Positions 9,855-23,689 of a stretch of DNA of 64,000 bases are shown here, in pieces. The position numbers were made by a program, and so were the translations under genes. The DNA is taken from the NCBI RefSeq assembly GCF_964194025.1, contig NC_134468.1, positions 71,114,001-71,178,000 on the forward strand, written 5' to 3'. The notes beneath the pieces were generated by a model. The model had not been told where the DNA came from. It worked only from the letters and a program-made list of their open reading frames with translations, and did no database searches. The stretch's first letter is position 1. Every line of letters starts with the position of its first letter. Origin of the DNA: Convolutriloba macropyga (Eukaryota).

Positions 9855-12453
9855 TAATTGTTCCGACCCCTCTTGAGGTGGGAGGAACTATATACTCAAA
9901 TGGTTTTTTTTGTTCAGACAATTTTCGCCGATCAATATATTCATCGTAGAGAGTTGACACCAGTATCATTAGAAAGCTCGTTCAGCGTAGAATATGGAAT
10001 TAAAAAAGATTTATTTATTTTCGTTTTTTATAGGGAGTTACCGAGGTTTAAACTTCGGAGAAAGATAAAGGTAAATTTTGAAATTTGTTAAAATTTTTAA
10101 GAACAGTGCTGTTTATTTTAATTTTGAAGACAAAAAAGAACTGTTGATAAGTTTGATTTATTTTTTTTGTCAAAAATTTGGGCTAAAAATTTCTAAATTC
10201 AGCCTTCTTCATCAAAAACAGCACGCAAAAAGCTACTTTAGTCCTTTTTTTTTATTAAATTTACACCCAAAGTACGCCCAAAGTACACCCCAACAGAACA
10301 CTAATACAACCTTTGTAGACTCTAAAGGAGGCTATTCCTACTTAAACTTCTGTTGAGAGTGCTCTGTAAGTAAAACATTGCCGTTTTTTGCTAACTTTAC
10401 TCGTTGACAAAAGCACAGAATTAATTTTGAGTTTTTAACTAACAAATTATCCATATCTATAACAATCGAAACATTAAGTGTTTCTAATGGACGATAAGCA
10501 TTAGCGGGGCAAGATTTGGACCGATCTTGACTCTTACAATCCAAAAGAATTCGGATTGTAAACAGTCGGTCTTTTTTTTAAAAAAAAATTGATCTTTTTT
10601 TATATTAATTAAGAACAGAAGATATCAAATCAAAACTCAAGAGTGATAGGTTCAACTGGCTTCCTAAGCAGTACCAATCAAATGCATTAGATTATTATTA
10701 CTTGAAAACTTATGGTCGTTTTGACTTTTAAATTTTATTGATTTTTTAAAAAAAATTATGGCTTAATGAACTTTTTCCTCTATTTTTTTTCTTAATTTGG
10801 TCAACTTGTAGCTTAGTATCAGCAGTAAAAAATGCTATATTGATTTAAAATTTAATCGCCCCTGCGTTTTAGGCCATTTTGATATTGTTTTCTGGCTTTG
10901 ATACTACTAGTTTTCAGATTTTTTTTTATTTTAAGATATTTGACTGTTTTTCACGATTTCTAGTTTTGTCAAATTAATGACAGTTCTCATATTGCATTAT
11001 TGGCGTTAAAAAAACAGATTGAAAATATTAAAATGCTGAAAGATATTGATTATCAATTTAACGGCTTCGACACTTCTTGAAGAATTTTATTGAAATTTTT
11101 ATTTTGTCTTCGTTTTTACTTTGTCGTTTTAGACGTATAAAATTTCCTGTATAATGACAGGCTTCATTGGCTTTTCATGGAAAAAAAATGAACATTCTGA
11201 TAGTAGTAGATAACTGTTGGCTTTCATGACTTCAAAAACAATTTTTTTTCAAAATTAAAAAAAAAAATTTTTAACTTCGCAATTTTGTTCTTTTTATTGT
11301 CCTTTTTGTTGCCTAGTCTTGTTAATCACAATTCAAATATGACGTTATTTATATCAGGGGAAGAATTCAGAAGTAAAAAGTGTCACAAAATCTAATATTT
11401 TTAAAGAGTTCGTTATGACCTTAATGACTTCGACGACGGTTTTTCACAAAAAAAGTAAATTAATTTGAATTTTGTTATATTTGACGTTCTTTTTGTAGAC
11501 TCAAATATTCTGGATAATTGCAGGTCTCAGGGGCTGCCTCTGGACGAACAAATGAGTCTGTTTAATTATTTAATTTTGTAATTAATAGCTTTCATGACTT
11601 TGGAAGTAATTTCGTTTCGAAAATCAGAAGTATTACTTAATTTTGCCCTTTTTTCTTTTTTGTCTGCATGTTAGCAAGTCTCATTAATGAAAAGCTACAT
11701 ACTACATTATCGTTGTCTGAAAAAAAAGCCCAAACGAACACATTTTGAGGGCCAAAATATGGCTTTACGGCTTCGACAGCTTCTTCTGGCAACTTTTAAT
11801 CGGATTTTTGTTTGTTGTCCTTTTGTTGTTCTTTTTAGAGGCATAAAAAATTGAATACGGTCTTAAAGCCTTTCTATAAAAGCATTGGTATGCGTAGACA
11901 TTTGGGATACTTTGCTTGATGTCTAATGGTTTTCTTTACTTTGAATCTAATTGTTTTAAAAAAAATAAGCGAGTTTTATAATTTTACTGTTTTTGTTCTT
12001 TTGTCTAATTGTTACTACGCCTTTTTATGGACTGGTCCCATATGTTTTTTGGTGATTTATAAGTTACTTTGTTTAGTTACGGTTTTATCTGACGGTATGT
12101 TGATTTTGTTATTAAGTGTATTTTAAAACGGACATAAAATTTTTCATGTAATTTATGTTTGTTATTGTTTGACTTTGCTGTTCGTCTTAACTCGTTTTCT
12201 TAATATAAGCATAATTCATCAATCTAGTGCATCACTTTTTAATCCAATGACTTATATGTTTTGGCGGCTATTTTTTCGTCCATACACTATTTTTTTGAAA
12301 AATACTTGTTTTTTTTTTTGGTTTTTTGGGATTCCCAAAAATAAATTTTGCGTTTTTCTATCTGTTCCTCATTTGGTAGACAATTATGCTAAAATTGTGG
12401 ATGAGCGGGGTCGGAACCTTATGTGCAATCGCATATTATCAAGCCTCCTTGTT
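9855..12453 (+). mobile_element. Non-autonomous Helentron-like element (HINE/DINE-1 architecture), copy A
   Basis: Subterminal inverted repeats GTTCCGACCCC (9860-9870) and GGGGTCGGAAC (12407-12417), a 3' hairpin ATGTGC-AATC-GCATAT (12421-12436) and a CTTGTT end. No TSD and no coding capacity. It is collinear with 36184-38861. Confidence 0.75.
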
Positions 12454-15400
12454 TGAAATGAAATTAGACAGAAAATAAATGAGACGATTTTAAAACCTGA
12501 TGGCGAAAATTCTTACCGAACAAATACGCTAAAGACACTTTTTCTATAAGAATAACACAATTTCGTTTACATGAACAGCTTTCATTTTTTTCAGGTTTCC
12601 GCGTATTCAACGCATGATCTAACAGAGAAAATATTTTACTTGATGAGCTTCAAAATTACATCTTTAAATAGTTTCTAATTGCACTCGACGTTTTAATCAA
12701 TTATTGTAGTCGTGTGTCCTCATGTGCGCAATTTATTATTTTTCAAATTAATTGTCCATTTATGAATTCCCGAGATTTGCATGACATAAATCGCTCTCTC
12801 ATCCAGAATTGGAGGCAGTTTATTAGCAGATGTAAATAAAAAAAAAGCTAATGTGCTAATAAATGTAAATAATGGTAGTGGTGTATAATAAACATAATAA
12901 CGTCGTTTAGAGCTCTTTAGTAAATGGACTGCCCCCGTTAGCAACCCCAATCTCCAGCTAAAGCATATATATCCAGCATATAATAGAATCCAACCACCCG
13001 TTTGTCACATGAGTGCAATTGATCCAACTTCAAATGAAAAATACCAAATACTACAAGAAATTAATTTTTAATCAATGTTTTTTGCAATGGTTGCAACTTC
13101 TTTCTGGATAACTGTTGATTGAAAGGCTTAGACATCAAACAGTCAGAAAAACCCGAATCACAAGGAAACAAAATTTTAGACAATAGTATTTCGTCAAAAT
13201 AGGTGTTCTTCTTGTTAATGTTCATCTGCTATTTGAAAAACTTTTTCCAATATCTAAGCTCAAACTAAAAACCCTGTCAAATAGACAAAACAAGTGTTAT
13301 ACTTCTTTCTCATAAACAGTATTATTAACAACAAACGATTAAAATGACAAAATTACGAAAAACTTCTGTTTTTTATTCCTTAAGATCTCGTCATTTCTGT
13401 TGGAAATACTGTTTTAATTATTCGGCAACATTATCTATAAACCAATTAGGAAAATTCGTTAGAAGAAGTAACGCGGTTACTTCTTCTAACGCCAATAAAC
13501 CGCACGTTAAACGCAGTACAACGTAAGAAAAATTGAAATCTGTCTAACTAATAATTTCAGATGTTTTTAGATTCTCGTAATGTTTATCTTGGATGGAGAG
13601 ACAGAAAACTGTTTCAACTGCCATTGTAGTCCCTAAAAAAACCCTAACAAGAAAAAGCCTTGAATCAGTTCATAAACACAAATTATCGATAGTTTGTTAA
13701 ATAAAAACTCCTGAGAATATATATTTCCCAAAACTAAAAATTGTTTTAGGTGTTTTTTTACATTAAGATAGTTCTTGTGAAAAAATTGGATGAAAGTTGC
13801 ATTTTCATGGTTTCATTATCAACGAGAAAAGAAAGTTCAAAGACAACCTGTCATATTATAGCAATTGCACCAACTTTTTGAAGCGAAAAAAAAAGAAATA
13901 ACAAAATAAAAAAAGAATAATTGTCAACTCAAATAAAATTCAGCCCAAATTGACGCAAAAAAATTGGTTAATTGACGCAAATTTTATATTGTGATGACTT
14001 TATTAAGTTAACTTAAAAACAAATGACAATTTTCTCTTAAAATATGGCAGAATAGAAAAAAATCGATTAACTTCAACGCCAAAGGTGCAGTAATCTTGGA
14101 AAATATCATGCATTATTGAAACCAGCTCAGACTAATAATGACTACGGACTACATTAACCTCTTAAATTGGGAAGATTAGGAAACAGAGGAGATTTCAACC
14201 TCAAAATTAGAAAAAATCTTTCAACTCAAAGGCAACATAGATAAATTGATAAAAGCAGGCTAAAAACGGACAGTAAATGAAAATTAGTTAAAACAGTTAG
14301 ACCGAAGAAAACTGAAAACCTTTTTTCGCTCAATTTAATAATAGCAACATTAATTGAGGACAACAAATAAAGCAAAAATTGGAGAATTTTGAATCAATAC
14401 AGACAATTTTAGCTTGATTATCTTTTTGGGCAAATTTTAGTAGTATTATAAAATTGAGCTGAATATTTTAATTATGACGAAAATTTGGTCTAACAAAAAA
14501 GAAACGAATGGCAATTATTAGAATCATAGAACATACTGTAACGGTATTAAGTTAATAACATCTTTTGACAGATAATGCCTAAACGTAACCGAAAATGCAG
14601 AAATTGAACACATATTAGAAAACTTTTAAGTTCTACAACTCAACCAAGCCAACTAAAAAAATTCTTTCAATTAAAATGTGCAATACTCATAGGGCTTTTT
14701 TTATAATACTACCAAAATCTTTACGACAATTATATCGATCAGCGTAAATTGACTCAACAAAAAACAAATTGACCACAAATTTTCTCGCCCTCTCTAAATG
14801 GGTCTTTGATTTTATTAAACTTTTCATCTGAGTGTATATTGAGCCAAAATTTTTGCAATCTAAGACAAATTATGTAGTAACAAAAAACATTTCTTGCTGC
14901 TTTCTTTAGCTGGAACCGTCCGGTATTCGGGAGCTGAAAAATCAAGGATGAATAATCGTTGGATTATGTTTAATAGATAGTGTAAAACCTTTTGTCAAAT
15001 AATTTTGATCTTTTATGCGTGGTCGTTGTTTTGAAAATTTCGTCGAAATGAATGGATTAATTAAAAAATTGGATATGTGCCTCTTTTCCCCCATACCGCT
15101 ACCTTTCATAGTCCCAATTGCAAATTATGTGTAGTTATATAAGTTACTATGTAAAAACAGCATGTTTAATCTGTGAAGGGAAGAGTAGATCTGAACAGAC
15201 AACTGACTAACAAATTTTGCTTAATGGCATCATAAAGACTATGCAACAAATCTCAGGTAAGCCAACACATAGCAATAAGCTTTTCGTTTTCACCCTATTC
15301 TCTGATTACCTGAATTAATGCCAACGCTACGTAACCATTAATCCCCCATTCTTCCCCCAAACCAATTTAGTCCAAACTTATATGACTCATGTTCTCCAAG

Positions 15401-18400
15401 TCTCATTTTTTTCGACTTGTATTGCGAAGTCCTTCTATTCTTTCTTTTGCCTGTAAATTAACCATTTATTCTCTTTCAACACATTAACCGGTTGACAATT
15501 AGCAAGTATTAGTTACACACATCACGACAATACCGATAAGTTAACTTTAAAGTAACCCCAAAAAAGTTATAAAAGACAGAAAAATAAAAGATGGAAAAAT
15601 GTTTTTCGAAAAACAAACACGGATCTTCACGTTTGAAAGAAAATTAATGAGCAAAAGGTTTAGATCTTAAGTTTTCTGATTATCATTTATCAATATGCGT
15701 TTAATAATCCAAGTACACCAAATCGTGATACAATTTTGATCAAAATTGATTTTATTAAGCTATTTTCATCTGAGTGTATATTGAGCCAAAATTTTTCCAA
15801 TCTCAGACAAATTATGTTGTAAAAAACCATTTCTTGCTGCTTTCTTTAACTGGAACCAGCCGGTATTCGGGAGCTGAACAATCAAGGATGGATAATCGTT
15901 GGATTATGTTTAATAGATAGTGTAAATCCTTTTGTCAAATAATTTTGATCTTTTATGCGTTGCCGTTGTTTTGATAATTTCGTCGAAAAGAATGGATTAG
16001 TTTAAAAAATTGAATATGTGCCTCTTTTCGGCCATACCGCTACCTTTCATAGTCCCAATTGCAAATTATGTGTAGTTATATAAGTAACTATGTAAAAACA
16101 GCATGTTTAATCTGGGAAGGGAAGAGTAGATCTGAACAGATAACTGACTATCAAATTTTGCTTAATGGCATCATAAAAACTATGCAACAAATCTCAGGTA
16201 AGCTAACACATAGCAATAAGCTTTTCGTTTTCACCCTATTCTCTGATTAACTGAGCTAATGTGAACAATACGCAACCATTAATCCCCCAATCTTCCCCCC
16301 AACCAATTTAGTCCAAACTTATATGACTCATGTTCTTCAAGTCTCATTTTTTTCGACTTGTATTGCGAAGTCCTTCTATTCTTTCTTTTGCCTGTAAATT
16401 AACCATTTATTCTCATTCAACACATTAACCGGTTGACAATTAGCAAGTATAAGTTACACACATCACGACAATACCGATAAGTTAACTTCAAAGGAACCCC
16501 AAAAAAAGTTATAAAAGACAGAAAAATAAAAGATGGAAAAATGTTTTTCGAAAAACAAACAAAGATCTTCACGTTTGAAAGAAAATTCATGGGCAAAAGG
16601 TTTAGATCTTAAATTTTCTGATTATCATTTATCAAAATGTGTTTAATAATCCAAGTACACCAAATCGTGATACAATTTTGATCAAAATTGATTTTATTCA
16701 GCTATTTTCATCTGAGTGTATATTGAGCCAAAATTTTTCCAATCTCAGACAAATTATGTAGTAACAAAAAACATTTCTTGTTGCTTTCTTTAACTGGAAC
16801 CGTCCGATATTCGGGAGCTGAACAATTAAGGATGGATAATCATTGGATTATGTTTAATAGATAGTGTAACACCTTTTGTCAAATAATTTTGATCTTTTAT
16901 GCGTGGTCGTTGTTTTGAAAATTTCGTCGAAATGAATGGATTAGTTTAAAAAATTGAATATGTGCCTCTTTTCCGCCATACCGCTACCTTTCATAGTCCC
17001 AATTGCAAATTATGTGTAGTAATATAAGTAACTATGTAAAAACAGCATGTTGTATCTGGGAAGGGAAGAGTAGATATGAACAAACAACTGACTAGCAAAT
17101 TTTGCTTAATGGCATCATAAAAACTATGCAACAAATCTCAGGTAAGCTAACACATAGCAACAAGCTTTTCGTTTTCACCCTATTCTCTGATTACCTGAAT
17201 TAATGCCAACGCTACGTAACCATTAATCCCCCATTCTTCCCCCAAACCAATTTAGTCCAAACTTATATGACTCATGTTCTCCAAGTCTCATTTTTTTCGA
17301 CTTGTATTGCGAAGTCCTTCTATTCTTTCTTTTGCCTGTAAATTAACCATTTATTCTCTTTCAACACATTAACCGGTTGACAATTAGCAAGTATTAGTTA
17401 CACACATCACGACAATACCGATAAAATAACTTTAAAGTAACCCCAAAAAAGTTATAAAAGACAGAAAAATAAAAGATGGAAAAATGTTTTTCGAAAAACA
17501 AACACGGATCTTCACGTTTTAAAGAAAATTAATGAGCAAAAGGTTTAGATCTTAAGTTTTCTGATTATCATTTATCAATATGCGTTTAATAATCCAAGTA
17601 CACCAAATCGTGATACAATTTTGATCAAAATTGATTTTATTAAGCTATTTTCATCTGAGTGTATATTGAGCCAAAATTTTTCCAATCTCAGACAAATTAT
17701 GTTGTAAAAAACCATTTCTTGCTGCTTTCTTTAACTGGAACCAGCCGGTATTCGGGAGCTGAACAATCAAGGATGGATAATCGTTGGATTATGTTTAATA
17801 GATAGTGTAAATCCTTTTGTCAAATAATTTTGATCTTTTATGCGTTGCCGTTGTTTTGATAATTTCGTCGAAAAGAATGGATTAGTTTAAAAAATTGAAT
17901 ATGTGCCTCTTTTCGGCCATACCGCTACCTTTCATAGTCCCAATTGCAAATTATGTGTAGTTATATAAGTAACTATGTAAAAACAGCATGTTTAATCTGG
18001 GAAGGGAAGAGTAGATCTGAACAGATAACTGACTATCAAATTTTGCTTAATGGCATCATAAAAACTATGCAACAAATCTCAGGTAAGCTAACACATAGCA
18101 ATAAGCTTTTCGTTTTCACCCTATTCTCTGATTAACTGAGCTAATGTGAACAATACGCAACCATTAATCCCCCAATCTTCCCCCCAACCAATTTAGTCCA
18201 AACTTATATGACTCATGTTCTCCAAGTCTCATTTTTTTCGACTTGTATTGCGAAGTCCTTCTATTCTTTCTTTTGCCTGTAAATTAACCATTTATTCTCA
18301 TTCAACACATTAACCGGTTGACAATTAGCAAGTATAAGTTACACACATCACGACAATACCGATAAGTTAACTTCAAAGGAACCCCAAAAAAAGTTATAAA

Positions 18401-21400
18401 AGACAGAAAAATAAAAGATGGAAAAATGTTTTTCGAAAAACAAACAAAGATCTTCACGTTTGAAAGAAAATTCATGGGCAAAAGGTTTAGATCTTAAATT
18501 TTCTGATTATCATTTATCAAAATGTGTTTAATAATCCAAGTACACCAAATCGTGATACAATTTTGATCAAAATTGATTTTATTCAGCTATTTTCATCTGA
18601 GTGTATATTGAGCCAAAATTTTTCCAATCTCAGACAAATTATGTAGAAACAAAAAACATTTCTTGTTGCTTTCTTTAACTGGAACCGTCCGATATTCGGG
18701 AGCTGAACAATTAAGGAAGGATAATCATTGGATTATGTTTAATAGATAGTGTAACACCTTTTGTCAAATAATTTTGATCTTTTATGCGTGGTCGTTGTTT
18801 TGAAAATTTCGTCGAAATGAATGGATTAGTTTAAAAAATTGAATATGTGCCTCTTTTCCGCCATACCGCTACCTTTCATAGTCCCAATTGCAAATTATGT
18901 GTAGTAATATAAGTAACTATGTAAAAACAGCATGTTGTATCTGGGAAGGGAAGAGTAGATATGAACAAACAACTGACTAGCAAATTTTGCTTAATGGCAT
19001 CATAAAAACTATGCAACAAATCTCAGGTAAGCTAACACATAGCAACAAGCTTTTCGTTTTCACCCTATTCTCTGATTACCTGAGCTAATGTGAACAATAC
19101 GCAACCATTAATCCCCTAATCGTCCCCCCAAACCAATTTAGTCCAAACTTATATGACTCATGTTCTCCAGGTCTCATTTTTTTTCAACTTGTATTGCGAA
19201 GTCATTCTATTCTTTCTTTTGCCTGTAAATTAACCATTTATTCTCATTCAACACATTAATCGGTTGACAATTAGCAAGTATTAGTTACACATATCACGAC
19301 AATACCAATAAGTTAACTTTAAAGTAACTCAAAAAAAAGTTATAAAAGACAGAAAAAGAGAAGATGGAAAATTGTTTTTTGAAAAACAAACAAAGATCTT
19401 CACGTTTGGAAGAAAATTCATGGGCAAAAGGTTTAGATCTTAAATTTTCTGATTATCAATTATCAATATGTGTTTAATAATCCAAGTACACCAAATCGTG
19501 ATACAATTTTGATCAAAATTGATTTTATTAGGCTATTTTCATCTGAGTGTATATTGAGCCAAAATTTTTCCAATCTCAGACAAATTATGTAGTAACAAAA
19601 AACATTTCTTGCTGCTTTCTTTAACTGGAACCGTCCGGTATTCGGGAGCTGAACAATCAAGGATGGATAATAGTTGGATTATGTTTACTAGACAGTGTAA
19701 AACCTTTTGTCAAATAATTTTGATCTTTTATGCGTGGTCGTTGTTTTGAAAATTTTGTCGAAATGAATGGATTAGTTTAAAAAATTGAATATGTGCCTCT
19801 TTTCCGCCATACCGCTACCTTTCATAGTCCCAATTGCAAATTATGTGTAGTTATATAAGTAACTATGTAAAAACAGCATGTTGAATCTGGGAAGGGAAGA
19901 GAAGATATGAACAGAAAACTGACTAACAAATTTTGCTTAATGGCATCATAAAAACTATGCAACAAATCTCAGGTAAGCTAACACATAGCAATAAGCTTTT
20001 CGTTTTCACCCTATTCTCTGATTACCTGAGCTAATGTGAACAATACGCAACCATTAATCCCCTAATCGTCCCCCAAAACAATTTAGTCCAAACTTATATG
20101 ACTCATGTTCTCCAGGTCTCATCTTTTTTCAACTTGTATTGCGAAGTCCTTCTATTCTTTCTTTTGCCTGTAAATTAACCATTTATTCTCATTCAACACA
20201 TTAATCGGTTGACAATTAGCAAGTATTAGTTACACATATCACGACAATACCGATAAGTTAACTTTAAAGTAACCCAAAAAAAAACTTATAAAAGACAGAA
20301 AAAGAGAAGATGGAAAAATGTTTTTCGAAAAACAAACAAAGATCTTCACGTTTGAAAGAAAATTCATGGGCAAAAGGTTTAGATCTTAAATTTTCTGATT
20401 ATCATTTATCAATATGTGTTTAATAATCCAAGTACACCAAATCGTGATACAATTTTGATCAAAATTGATTTTATTAAGCTATTTTCATCTGAGTGTATAT
20501 TGAGCCAAAATTTTTCCAATCTCAGACAAATTATGTAGTAACAAAAAACATTTCTTGCTGCTTTCTTTAACTGGAACCGTCCGGTATTCAAGAGCTGAAC
20601 AATCAAGGATGGATAATAGTTGGATTATGTTTAATAGATAGTGTAAAACCTTTTGTCAAACAATTTTGATCTTTTATGCGTGGTCGTTGTTTTGAAAATT
20701 TCGTCGAAAAGAATGGATTAGTTTAAAAAATTGAATATGTGCCTCTTTTCCGCCATACCGCTACCTTTCATAGTCCCAATTGCAAATTATGTGTAGTTAT
20801 ATAAGTAACTATGTAAAAACAGCATGTTGAATCTGGGAAGGGAAGAGTAGATATGAACAGACAACTGACTAACAAATTTTGCTTAATGGCATCATAAAAA
20901 CTATGCAACAAAGCTCAGGTAAGCTAACACATAGCAATAAGCTTTTCGTTTTCACCCTATTCTCTGATTAACTGAGCTAATGTGAACAATACGCAACCAT
21001 TAATCCCCCAATCTTCCCCCCAACCAATTTAGTCCAAACTTATATGACTCATGTTCTCCAAGTCTCATTTTTTCGACTTGTATTGCGAAGTCCTTCTATT
21101 CTTTCTTTTGCCTGTAAATTAACCATTTATTCTCATTCAACACATTAATCGGTTGACAATTAGCAAGTATTAGTTACACATATCACGACAATACCGATAA
21201 GTTAACTTTAAAGTAACCCAAAAAAAAGTTATAAAAGACAGAAAAAGAGAAGATGGAAAAATGTTTTTCGAAAAACAAACAAAGATCTTCACGTTTGAAA
21301 GAAAATTCATGGGCAAAAGGTTTAGATCTTAAAAATTCTGATTATCATTTATCAATATGTGTTTAATAATCCAAGTACACCAAATCGTGATACAATTTTG

Positions 21401-23609
21401 ATCAAAATTGATTTTATTAAGCTATTTTCATCTGGGTGTATATTGAGCCAAAATTTTTCCAATCTCAGACAAATTATGTAGTAAAAAACCATTTCTTGCT
21501 GCTTTCTTTAACTGGAACCAGCCGGTATTCGGGAGCTGAACAATCAAGGATGGATAATCGTTGGATTATGTTTAATAGATAGTGTAAAACCTTTTGTCAA
21601 ATAATTTTGATCATTTATGCGTGGTCGTTGTTTTGAAAATTTCGTCGAAATGAATGGATTAATTAAAAAATTGGATATGTGCCTCTTTTCCCCCATACCG
21701 CTACCTTTCATAGTCCCAATTGCAAATTATGTGTAGTTATATAAGTTACTATGTAAAAACAGCATGTTTGATCTGTGAAGGGAAGATTAGATCTGAACAG
21801 ACAACAGACTAACAAGTTTTGCTTAATGGCATCATAAAAACTATGCAACAAATCTCAAGTAAGCTAACACATAGCAATAAGATTTTCCTTTTCTCCCTGT
21901 TCTCTGATTACCTGAGCTAATGTCAACGCTACGTAACCATTTATTCCCCAATCTCCCCCCCAGACCAATTTAGTCCAAACTTATATTACTCATGTTCTCC
22001 AAGTCTGATTTTTTTCAACTTGTATTGCGAAGTCCTTCTATTCTTTCTTTTGCCTGTAAATTAACCATTTATTCTCATTCAACACATTAATCGGTTGACA
22101 ATTAGCAAGTATTAGTTACACACATCACCACAATACCGATAAGTTAACTTCAAAGGAACCCCAAAAAAGTTATAAAAGACAGAAAAATAAAAGATGGAAA
22201 CATTTTTTTCGAAAAACAAAGATCTTCACGTTCGAAAGAAAATTAATGGGTGAAAAGTTCAGATCGTAAGTTTTTTGATTATCATTTTTCAATATGCGTT
22301 TAATAATCCAAGTACACCAAATCGTAATACAATTTTGAGCAAAAAGGATTTTATTAAATTATTTTCATCTGAGTGTATTTTGAGCCAAAATTTTTCCAAT
22401 CACAGACAAATTATGTAGTAAAAAACCATTTCTTGCTGCTCCCTTTAACTGGAACCGGCCGGTATTCGGCAGCTGAACAATCAAGGATGGATAATCGTTG
22501 GATTATGTTTAACAGATAGTGTAAAACCTTTTGTCAAATAATTTTGACCATTTATGCGTGGTCGTTGTTTTGAAAATTTCGTCGAAATGAATGGATTAAT
22601 TAAAAAATTGGATATGTGCCTCTTTTCCCCCATACCGCTACCTCTCATAGTCCCAATTGCAAATTATGTTTAGTAATATAAGTTACTATGTAAAAACATC
22701 ATGTTTAATCTGTGAAGGGAAGAGTAGATCTGAACAGACAACTGACAAGTTTTGCTTAATGGCATCATAAAAACTATGCAACAAATCTCAGGTAAGCTAA
22801 CACATTGCAATAAGCTTTTCCTTTTCACCCTATTCTCTGATTACCTGAGCTAATGTCAACGCTACGTAACCATTTATTCCCCAATCTCCCCCCCCCCCCC
22901 AAACCAATTTAGTCCAAACTTATATTACTCATGTTCTCCAAGTCTGATTTTTTTCAACTTGTATTGCGAAGTCCTTCTATTCTTTCTTTTGCCTGTAAAT
23001 TAACCATTTATTTTCATTCAACACATTAATCGGTTGACAATTAGCAAGTATTAGTTACACATATCACGACAATACCGATAAGTTAACTTTAAAGTAACCC
23101 AAAAAAGTTATAAAAGACAGAAAAATAAAAGATGGAAAAATGTTTTTCGAAAAACAAACGAAGATCTTCACGTTTGAAAGAAAATTCATGGGCAAAAGGT
23201 TTAGATCTTAAGTTTTCTGATTATCATTGATCAATATGCGTTTAATAATCCAAGTACACGAAATCGTGATACAATTTTGAGCAAAATGGATTTTATTCAA
23301 TTATTTTCATCTGAGTGTATATTGAGCCAAAATTTTTCCAATCTCAGACAAATTATGTCATAAAAAACCATTTCTTGCTGCTTTCTTTAACTGGAACCAG
23401 CCGGTATTCGGGAGCTGAACAATCAAGGATGGATAATCGTTGGATTATATTTAATAGATAGTGTAAAACTTTTTTGTCAAATAATTTTGCTCTTTTATGC
23501 GTGGTCGTTGTTTTGAAAATTTCGTCGGAAAGAATGGATTAGTTTAAAAAATTGAATATGTGCCTCTTTTCCGCCATACCGCTACCTCTCATAGTCCCAA
23601 TTGCAAATT

Positions 23610-23642
<33 letters not shown>

Positions 23643-23679
23643 GCGAGGGCTTATCCACTCTTTCCAAACCCAAGAGTGG
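23610..23679 (-). other. LINE 3' end: stem-loop plus (CAT)11 tail
   Basis: Perfect 8-bp stem CCACTCTT (23655-23662) / AAGAGTGG (23672-23679) with a 9-nt loop, and (ATG)11 at 23610-23642. A stem-loop plus microsatellite tail is the known L2 3' recognition architecture. Confidence 0.85.
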
Positions 23680-23689
23680 TTGTTTATCA

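Noticed and set aside
14754-20606. Recurrent 63-65 aa ORFs in the satellite
   Set aside because: They have TTG starts, are broken by stops in other units and show no recognisable motif.
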